DNA of 15,371 nucleotides from Candidatus Latescibacterota bacterium (GTDB lineage: Bacteria; Latescibacterota; UBA2968): NCBI GenBank assembly GCA_038279365.1, contig JAYODI010000025.1, positions 14,373-29,743 on the forward strand, read 5' to 3'. The notes under the pieces were generated by a model, which saw only the letters and a list, made by a program, of their open reading frames with translations, was not told the origin of the DNA and did no database searches. Shown piece by piece: positions 8,107 to 14,831 of this stretch (position 1 is its first letter; each line of letters begins with the position of its first letter). The position numbers were made by a program, and so were the translations under genes.

Positions 8107-8895
8107 ATGGTACTGGAAACTGTAAAACAACCTGAGATGGACGAATTGTCAAAAGGACATTCGTCAGAGGATAGAGGGGCTGAAAGCCACGGTGCACATT
8201 CAAATGATGTTTCGTCAAAGATATGGATTACTCAGGACGTGGTTCGAGAGAAGCAGCCTTTTGCTGATTTGCGTCAGACCTACCGAAAAGTGATGGGCAT
8301 TTGTGTGAGCATCACTTTTGTTTTGCACACTGCTGTTGCGGTGGCTTTTCCAACATTTGTATCTGACAGAAGAGAAATTAAGAAGGTGCAGCATGTGATT
8401 GAGGTAGAAAACTTACCCGAAACACAACAAATGAAACGGCCTCCTCCGCCACCAAGACCTGCTGTTCCAATTGAGACCGAAAGTACGGATGTTCCCGATG
8501 ATGTGACCATAGAATCAACGGATCTCGACTTTGATGATGCGCAAGTAGATTTGCCACCGCCACCTCCTCCTGGCAGTGCCGATGAAGAAGTAGAAGAAGA
8601 GATCGTTGAATTTTGGGCTGTTGAACAAGTACCAGAACCCGTAAAACAGGTGGCGCCAGAGTATCCTGAAGTGGCGCGTAAAGCGGGTTTGACAGGTACC
8701 GTTTTTGTGGAATTTACAGTGGGCAAAGACGGGCTTGTCAAAGGTGCACGTGTTGTGCGTGGGCCCACCATTTTCCACGATGCTGCACTGGCTGCCGTTT
8801 TTCAATTTGTATTTAAACCTGCCATGCAAAATGACAAACCCGTGAGTGTACGCATGACGCAACCGATCCGATTCCGTCTTAAAGGCGCAGAGTAG
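8107..8895 (+). CDS. tonB: Energy transducer TonB family protein
   Basis: ATG 8107 follows AAGGAGGG (the ORF-track start at 7936 runs through the promoter). One TM helix with His (GICVSITFVLHTAVAVAF), Pro-rich/acidic linker (RPPPPPRP, LPPPPPP, DEEVEEE), and TonB_C domain (PEYPEVARKAGLTGTVFVEFTVGKDG...FKPAMQNDKPV...PIRFRL). Confidence 0.9.
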   Translation: MVLETVKQPEMDELSKGHSSEDRGAESHGAHSNDVSSKIWITQDVVREKQPFADLRQTYRKVMGICVSITFVLHTAVAVAFPTFVSDRREIKKVQHVIEVENLPETQQMKRPPPPPRPAVPIETESTDVPDDVTIESTDLDFDDAQVDLPPPPPPGSADEEVEEEIVEFWAVEQVPEPVKQVAPEYPEVARKAGLTGTVFVEFTVGKDGLVKGARVVRGPTIFHDAALAAVFQFVFKPAMQNDKPVSVRMTQPIRFRLKGAE

Positions 8896-8910
8896 GCTAA
8901 AGGATTCTCA

Positions 8911-9528
8911 ATGGATCAGCTCTACGAAATTCAATATAAACGGCCCTGCCGCACCAAATTTTGTAAAGGTTGCACAAAAGGATTGTCGATTGGCGATCAT
9001 GTGGTGTTAGAGAAACAAGGGGAAGTGGGGACTGTGGTTTGGAAAGGGCAAATCGACGATCCTCAAAGCACACCCAGCGATGATGAGGCCATTCGACCCG
9101 CATCGACTTTTGATGATGATTTGGCTTTGGATATCAAGCAGAAGGAACGGGCTGCATTTGACTTGTTCTTAGAAAAAATAGAAGAGCACGATTTGCCCAT
9201 GAAACCTGTAGGTGTTGCTTGGGATATGCAAGGCAATACCATCACGTTTTATTTTACGGCCCATAAACGTGTCGATTTTAGGGCTTTGGTCAGAGATCTT
9301 GCCCATGTGTATCATCGCCGTATTGAATTGAGGCAAATAAGTCCGCGTGTTGAGGCACAGATGATGGGCGGGTGTGGGTCTTGTGGGCGCGAACTGTGTT
9401 GTTCAAGTTTTATTGAAAAACCTCAAACGGTGCCTTCGCAAATTGCGCAATCGCAGACAACTTCGCAGAATCTTTCAAAATTGGTAGGTGTATGTGGGCA
9501 GTTGAAGTGTTGTTTGAGATATGAGTAG
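8911..9528 (+). CDS. PSP1-domain protein, RicT/YaaT-like Fe-S regulatory subunit
   Basis: FYFTAHKRVDFRALVRDLA...RIELRQI (PSP1 signature), GGCGSCGRELCC, KLVGVCGQLKCCLRYE. Starts 15 bp after the tonB stop. Confidence 0.88.
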   Translation: MDQLYEIQYKRPCRTKFCKGCTKGLSIGDHVVLEKQGEVGTVVWKGQIDDPQSTPSDDEAIRPASTFDDDLALDIKQKERAAFDLFLEKIEEHDLPMKPVGVAWDMQGNTITFYFTAHKRVDFRALVRDLAHVYHRRIELRQISPRVEAQMMGGCGSCGRELCCSSFIEKPQTVPSQIAQSQTTSQNLSKLVGVCGQLKCCLRYE

Positions 9529-9582
9529 CGTGTTTTTCTATGGGTTGGATCAGGGTGCATTGGATTGCGAAAGGTGATCAAA

Positions 9583-10452
9583 ATGATACAAGGGAAACAG
9601 GCAACGGGTGGTGACTTAAATGTTTATTTTCAAGATGTGCGCAAAACACATCCATTAAGTCGCGAAGAAGAGCAGATGCTTTCTGCCCGCATCAAAAATG
9701 GCAATTTAAAGGCCCGAAATCAATTGGTAACTGCAAATTTGCGCTTTGCCTTAGATGTGGCCAAACGGTATCAGGGGCGTGGTTTGCCATTGGATGATCT
9801 TGTTAGTGCGGCAAATTTTGGCCTTATCGAAGCGGCAAAACGATTTGATGGGCAAAACGGGGTGCGTTTTATCACCTATGCCGTTTGGTGGATTCGGCGA
9901 TACATTCTTAAAGCGCTTTCGGGTGAACAACATTTGATCCATTTGCCTGGGCATATGGTTGATCTTTTGAGCAAGGTGCAACGCGTTGCACGAGATCTGC
10001 AACAGCAATTAGAGCGTGTGCCCACACCCATCGAGATTGCAGAACAAATGGAAGAATCGGTTACTCAGGTGCAATTGGCATTGGAAAGCAACCGCGATGT
10101 TTGTTCGTATGATGATATGGGGAGTGAGCAAGATTGCAGCTTGTTGGATAAAATACCCGATCCTGGTGCAGAAGATATGCTGGAACCGGTAGAACAAATC
10201 GGCCAAACTGAGGAAGTAGATTTGTTGCTGTCGTCTTTAACACAACGCGAAGCCGATGTGGTGCGCAAGTATTATGGTTTGGATGGGCTGGGTGGCGATA
10301 ATTTGGCCGAGATAGGCCGCGAATTGGATTTGAGCCGTGAACGGGTGCGCCAAATTAAAACGTCGGCGTTAAAGCACCTAAAAGTGCGTGCAAGAAGCTT
10401 GTATCGTCAGGCCGATTGGTCGGGAGAGTCGGTTGCCACATCACATGCTTAA
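9583..10452 (+). CDS. RNA polymerase sigma70-family factor, RpoD/SigA-like without region 1.1 (probable alternative paralog)
   Basis: AAGGTGA RBS before ATG 9583. Region 1.2 YFQDVRKTHPLSREEE, region 2 LVTANLRF...AKRYQGRGL...GLIEAAKRFD...RFITYAVWWIR, region 4 LAEIGRELDLSRERVRQI. Confidence 0.92.
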   Translation: MIQGKQATGGDLNVYFQDVRKTHPLSREEEQMLSARIKNGNLKARNQLVTANLRFALDVAKRYQGRGLPLDDLVSAANFGLIEAAKRFDGQNGVRFITYAVWWIRRYILKALSGEQHLIHLPGHMVDLLSKVQRVARDLQQQLERVPTPIEIAEQMEESVTQVQLALESNRDVCSYDDMGSEQDCSLLDKIPDPGAEDMLEPVEQIGQTEEVDLLLSSLTQREADVVRKYYGLDGLGGDNLAEIGRELDLSRERVRQIKTSALKHLKVRARSLYRQADWSGESVATSHA

Positions 10453-10469
10453 GGTGATGCCCATAACAC

Positions 10470-10514
10470 ATATGCCCCATTGTCTTTAACTGGACAGTGG
10501 GGCATGTTTTTTTT
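10470..10514 (+). terminator. Intrinsic terminator after the sigma factor gene
   Basis: ATGCCCCATTGTC (10472-10484) / GACAGTGGGGCAT (10493-10505) stem with one G-U pair, followed by G and T8. Confidence 0.9.
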
Positions 10515-10569
10515 AGGTTGGACGTGTTCTCGGCGTTTTTTATTGGGTTCTTAATGAGAGGATAACCCC

Positions 10570-11460
10570 ATGCAAGCTGCAGTGATGAGTTATTGTTTGC
10601 GCGGCGCATTACCTGAAGATCAGCGGTCAATGGAAGAGATTGTGAAGCTGGCCGCCAAAGAAGAGATCTTTTGTTTGGAAATATATACGGGTGGTTGGGA
10701 TGTCGATGGCGACATGTGTAAGGCTGCTGAGGGGCTTAAGGCTTTGGCGGAAGATTTGGGTATTTCAATGCCTGTGATGGGCTCTGGCACACGATTGGGG
10801 CATATTGATGCCTCACGAGAAAAGAATATGGCCCAACTCAAAGCCGAAGTAGAAACCTGTGCGATTTTGGGTGGAACCGTGATGACGTTGCCTATTGTGG
10901 ATGGGCAACCCGTGCCAACAAACAAACCCAGTGCCATTGTTGGCCTGAGATTTGAACAGATGTTGCCCGAGTTGGTGGCTCAGCTTCAAGAACTGGCCGA
11001 CTATGCCAAAACCTTTCAGGTGGAATTGGCCGTTTTGAACCACTGTTTTTTGGTGTATTTGGGGTGGCATCAAAAATGGCTTACCTTGTTGTCTGAGCGT
11101 GACAATGTGGGTGCCTGTGTAGACCCCGGCAATTATTTGCATTATGGCCATCAAGACCCCGAACCTGTTTGCCGAGAATTGGGGCGCTTGACGAAAATGG
11201 TGCGAGCGGGCAATGTGCTGCCCAAATTGGATGAAGACGTCATTGCACAATTTAAAAGGGATGGTCAGTTTCAACCCTGGCAAGCCGTTTCATTTGATGA
11301 AGGCATGATTGATCAGGTTGCCTGTTATCAGGCCTTGTCCGATGGTGGATATGATGGGGTTGTCTCGCTCAAAACAGCAGGCACGCACCCCAATGGCAGT
11401 TTAGATGCCATTCGCCATTCTTGGCAGTCTTTAAACAAGGCATTGAAACAAATAAAATAG
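10570..11460 (+). CDS. Sugar phosphate isomerase/epimerase family TIM-barrel protein (xylose isomerase-like / AP endonuclease 2 fold), atypical active site
   Basis: GAGAGGA RBS. Family pattern: LEI, CAILGG, LQELADYAKTFQVELAVLNH, NVGACVDPGN, DEGMID, ALSDGGYDGVVSL. Confidence 0.8.
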   Translation: MQAAVMSYCLRGALPEDQRSMEEIVKLAAKEEIFCLEIYTGGWDVDGDMCKAAEGLKALAEDLGISMPVMGSGTRLGHIDASREKNMAQLKAEVETCAILGGTVMTLPIVDGQPVPTNKPSAIVGLRFEQMLPELVAQLQELADYAKTFQVELAVLNHCFLVYLGWHQKWLTLLSERDNVGACVDPGNYLHYGHQDPEPVCRELGRLTKMVRAGNVLPKLDEDVIAQFKRDGQFQPWQAVSFDEGMIDQVACYQALSDGGYDGVVSLKTAGTHPNGSLDAIRHSWQSLNKALKQIK

Positions 11461-11464
11461 TGAT

Positions 11465-12454
11465 TTATTGTACGGCAACTGTTTTGCCCGTTTGTCCCGA
11501 TTCCATAGCAGCAAAAATAAGTGCCATGGTTTTGCGTACATCTTGTGCGCTGGCCTGAGCCAAGGGGCGTTTTGTGGCAATGGCGGTGAGAAATTCGCGG
11601 TGAATTTGTGCCTCACCATCGAGAGTGACCGATTCGGGAATGGGGTGTTCTTTGCCATTGATCAACAGGGGGCCATTGTTGCCATTAAGATGAATGACAC
11701 CATTATCGCCCATAACCGTCCAATCTACACCTGCTGCATGATGAAACGACAAGGCACAATTGAGAATGGTTCCTTTTTCTGTATGGGCAATAAGAGAGAC
11801 TTCGTCTTCGATGTCGATGGCAGGGTGTGGATCAATGTTTTTAACAATGGCCGAAACGGATGTGGCTTTGTCATTGAGCCACCAAAGCAATACATCGAGG
11901 GAGTGGGTGCCAATGCCGGGCAAAATGCCACCTGAGAGCGCCTGTTTGGCAAACCAACTGTTTTCATCACCGCCCCTGCCAGAACCTAAACGTCTGTGCA
12001 TGATGTGGCGGATGTTGCCTATGGTGTTTTCATCGAGTAAGTGTTTGACATAACGAATGGCATTTGAAAAACGCAAACTCTGCCCAGACATAAGCAAAAG
12101 GTTGTGGGCTTCGGCTGTGGCAATCATGGCATCAACGTCTTTTAATGTGAGGGCCATGGGCTTTTCTATGAGCACGTGCAACCCTTTTTGAAGGCAGGCT
12201 TGGGTGTATTTTGCATGCAGGTTGTTGGGCACTGCAATGATTGCGGCATCGGCTGTAACTTGATTGAGTGCGGTATCTAAATCGGCAAAGGTAGGGGCGA
12301 TACCGTGTTCATTTTCAATGTTTTTTCGGGCGGTTTCCGACGGGTCAACGCCAGCGACGATGGTTGCAAGATTGGGTAAGTTTTTTAGTCCTTGCACATG
12401 GCTGAGGTTCATACGACCACAACCAACGAGTAAAATGCGTGTGGGGGTGCTCAT
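11465..12454 (-). CDS. Gfo/Idh/MocA family NAD(P)-dependent oxidoreductase
   Basis: RILLVGCGRM Rossmann start, AVPNNLH, HVLIEKPMA, GQSLRF, GTHSLD, DIEDE. Start is either ATG 12454 (GGAG upstream) or ATG 12472 (adjacent to the upstream stop). Confidence 0.9.
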   Translation of the reverse strand: MSTPTRILLVGCGRMNLSHVQGLKNLPNLATIVAGVDPSETARKNIENEHGIAPTFADLDTALNQVTADAAIIAVPNNLHAKYTQACLQKGLHVLIEKPMALTLKDVDAMIATAEAHNLLLMSGQSLRFSNAIRYVKHLLDENTIGNIRHIMHRRLGSGRGGDENSWFAKQALSGGILPGIGTHSLDVLLWWLNDKATSVSAIVKNIDPHPAIDIEDEVSLIAHTEKGTILNCALSFHHAAGVDWTVMGDNGVIHLNGNNGPLLINGKEHPIPESVTLDGEAQIHREFLTAIATKRPLAQASAQDVRKTMALIFAAMESGQTGKTVAVQ

Positions 12455-12473
12455 AGGGAATGATGGCTCCATG

Positions 12474-13490
12474 TTAAAAGTCGAGAAAGACCTGGGCGGG
12501 TTTGCCCGTTTCGATGGATTCGATTATGGCACAACATACAGCTACAGATCGGGCACCATCTGTGGCGTTGATCAGGGGTGTTTGATCTGTTTCGATGCAT
12601 GTGAGAAAATGGTCGAGCACTTGGGGGCATGGGTGATCTTCGGGTTGAATGGGAATGGGCAATTCTGAAAAGTCGTCCACGTGAGGTATGCCACCCACAA
12701 AAAGTTTGTTTTTAATCACACTACCCTTTGTGCCATGATAACCAAAGTTGAGATTATACGGAATTTCGGCCCCACAAGAAACCAGACATTTGCCCACAGC
12801 ACCCGATTGGAATTTGAGGCTGGCAATGACGGTATCGTACCACGGTGCATTGGGAATGTTTTTGTTGGTGCCATAGGCACTGACTTCGATTATTTCGCCA
12901 ACAATCCAACGCATAAGGTCTAATGGGTGGCAAGCCCCACCCACAATGGGCAATTGTCCTTCTTGTTTGGCGTCCATCCACCACTCATGTCCTGGAAGGG
13001 GCAAGAAGGGTTTGAGATTGTGGACATAATCGCCTTCAACAAAACACGCTTCGCCCAATGTACCTGATTGCACAAGGTGGTGAATGGTTTCAAATAAAGC
13101 ACTAAAACGCGCGCTTTGCCCGACCATGACCTTTTTATCGGATGCTTTGGACGCATCGACAATCTTTTGACAGTCTGCAACGGTGACTGCCAAAGGTTTT
13201 TCGACAAAAAGGTGTTTGCCATTTTCAAGAGCGGCAAGGGCCTGGGTCACGTGTTGTGAATTGGGCGTGCACAAGTAAACAATGTCTATGGCATCATTGG
13301 TGATAACATCATGATAATCTGTTGTGATGTATTGCGCATGATAAGTGGTCTGCAAGTTTTGAGCAATGGGTTGGCTACGGGGGGTGCTGCAAATGGTATG
13401 TAACTGGGCACGTGGATGGCTGGCAATGGCTTTCATATGTTCACCACCAATATAGCCTGTGCCAATAACGGCAATGTTGTGTGTGGGCAT
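12474..13490 (-). CDS. Gfo/Idh/MocA family NAD(P)-dependent oxidoreductase
   Basis: True start ATG 13490 after AAAGAGGT. IAVIGTGYIG, IDIVYLCTPNSQH, GKHLFVEKPLA, ACHPLD. Confidence 0.92.
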   Translation of the reverse strand: MPTHNIAVIGTGYIGGEHMKAIASHPRAQLHTICSTPRSQPIAQNLQTTYHAQYITTDYHDVITNDAIDIVYLCTPNSQHVTQALAALENGKHLFVEKPLAVTVADCQKIVDASKASDKKVMVGQSARFSALFETIHHLVQSGTLGEACFVEGDYVHNLKPFLPLPGHEWWMDAKQEGQLPIVGGACHPLDLMRWIVGEIIEVSAYGTNKNIPNAPWYDTVIASLKFQSGAVGKCLVSCGAEIPYNLNFGYHGTKGSVIKNKLFVGGIPHVDDFSELPIPIQPEDHPCPQVLDHFLTCIETDQTPLINATDGARSVAVCCAIIESIETGKPAQVFLDF

Positions 13491-13520
13491 TGTGACCTCT
13501 TTGGAAACGTGTCGGTGTGG

Positions 13521-13562
13521 TTTTGCAATATAGAAGTGAAATGCAAAAATAAAAAAGTGAAA
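13521..13562. promoter_or_regulatory. Candidate operator(s) in the divergent intergenic region
   Basis: TTTTGCA-N14-TGCAAAA (13521-13548) and direct repeat AAGTGAAA at 13534 and 13555. Confidence 0.45.
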
Positions 13563-13604
13563 ATTGAGCGTTGATTTGGGCATGGGTATTGGATAGGAGT
13601 TGGT

Positions 13605-14642
13605 ATGGCAAAAATTCGGTTTGCGTTGGTAGGAGCTGGCATGATTGGGCAGTTGCATGCGCGGGTTATTTCTGAAATGGCGGATGCAGAGTTGGTGGCT
13701 GTGTGTTCTCGCGATTTGGAACGGGCAAAAGCGCTGACGGATCAATATGGGGGTGAACCCACCGTAAATTTTGAGGCGATGATTGCGCGTGAGGATATTG
13801 ATGCGGTTTCGATTTGTACTGCCAGTGGCGAACACGCCTTGTTTGGTATTCCTGCAGCACAAGCGGGCAAACATGTGTTGGTTGAAAAACCAATTGAGAT
13901 ATCGTTGGAAAAAGCCGATGCACTGATTCAAGCCTGCCAGGACCACGGTGTCAAATTGGGTGTGATCTTTCAGTTGCGATTTTTGGATGGGTCGCGTGAA
14001 GTGAAAGAGGCAGTGGAGAGGGGGGTGATTGGCAAGTTGGTGATGGCTGATTGTTATATGAAATTTTATCGGCCTCAGGAATATTATGACAACTCCCGTT
14101 GGAAAGGCACTGTGGCCTTAGATGGGGGTGGGGCCTTGATCAATCAGGGGATTCATGGTTTGGATTTGTTGCTGCACTTGGCAGGTGATGTGGCTTCTGT
14201 AAAAGCATATACGGCCATTTTAGCCCATGAAAATATTGAGGTAGAAGATACCTGTGTGGCTTGTGTCAAATATGCCAATGGCGCTTTGGGTGTTATTCAG
14301 GCAACCACTTCGATACATCCTGATTTTCAACAGCGCATCGAACTACATGGGACAAAGGGTACAATTGTTTTGGAAGGGACTGAAGAAACGTGGGTTTCTC
14401 ACTGGGAGACGTTTGATGGGGGAAAACGGGATGTAGAAAGGCGGGAAGTACACGTTTCTGGTGCACATGCCGTATTGGAAGAAGGAGGCGAAGGGCATCG
14501 GCGACAAATGGATGATTTTATTACATCTATTCAAAATGATGGCCAACCGCAGGTCAATGGGGCAGAGGGCAGGCGGTCTTTGGCCGTTGTCAGGGCGGTT
14601 TATGCCTCTGCGGCAACTGGCAATGAAACCCGTGTGGGGTGA
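13605..14642 (+). CDS. Gfo/Idh/MocA family NAD(P)-dependent oxidoreductase
   Basis: AGGAG RBS. FALVGAGMIG, IDAVSICTASGEH, GKHVLVEKP, WKGTVALDGGGALINQGIHGLD, IEVED. Confidence 0.93.
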   Translation: MAKIRFALVGAGMIGQLHARVISEMADAELVAVCSRDLERAKALTDQYGGEPTVNFEAMIAREDIDAVSICTASGEHALFGIPAAQAGKHVLVEKPIEISLEKADALIQACQDHGVKLGVIFQLRFLDGSREVKEAVERGVIGKLVMADCYMKFYRPQEYYDNSRWKGTVALDGGGALINQGIHGLDLLLHLAGDVASVKAYTAILAHENIEVEDTCVACVKYANGALGVIQATTSIHPDFQQRIELHGTKGTIVLEGTEETWVSHWETFDGGKRDVERREVHVSGAHAVLEEGGEGHRRQMDDFITSIQNDGQPQVNGAEGRRSLAVVRAVYASAATGNETRVG

Positions 14643-14756
14643 AAACATGCGTTGACTAATTTTTTGTATCTCCTTATTTTGATACCTGTCAGAAGACAGA
14701 TGTCTCGCTCCAAAGGTTGGGGATGTTGTGGGGCTAAGAGATGAAAATACAAAGCG

Positions 14757-14785
14757 TTGCTTTTTTTTAAAAAAAAGCTTAGGTT
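14757..14785 (+). promoter_or_regulatory. Putative sigma70 promoter of the desaturase gene
   Basis: TTGCTT (14757-14762) - 17 bp - TAGGTT (14780-14785). The spacer is mostly the T8A8 run. Confidence 0.55.
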
Positions 14786-14831
14786 CCATCGAGAAGATCG
14801 TTTTACATTTTGTAAATGAGGAGTTGGTTTA

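Noticed and set aside
8280-8771. 163-aa Gly/Ser/Thr-rich antisense ORF
   Set aside because: Shadow of the Pro-rich TonB codons. The other short antisense and alternate-frame ORFs inside clear genes were rejected for the same reason.
13491-13946. N-terminal 152 aa of the 490-aa minus-strand ORF (12474..13946)
   Set aside because: It overlaps the + strand dehydrogenase and the divergent promoter; the Rossmann fold and a good RBS begin at ATG 13490.
14666-14706. Small overlapping dyads GTATC-N10-GATAC, CTGTC-N4-GACAG and AGACA-N2-TGTCT
   Set aside because: Arms are only 5 bp, the spacing differs from the GAC-N6-GTC motif, and no sigma54 promoter was seen downstream.
13595-14828. Identical AGGAGTTGGT before the third dehydrogenase (13595) and the desaturase (14819)
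   Set aside because: Half of the match is the Shine-Dalgarno sequence; the rest is plausible by chance in G/T-skewed DNA.
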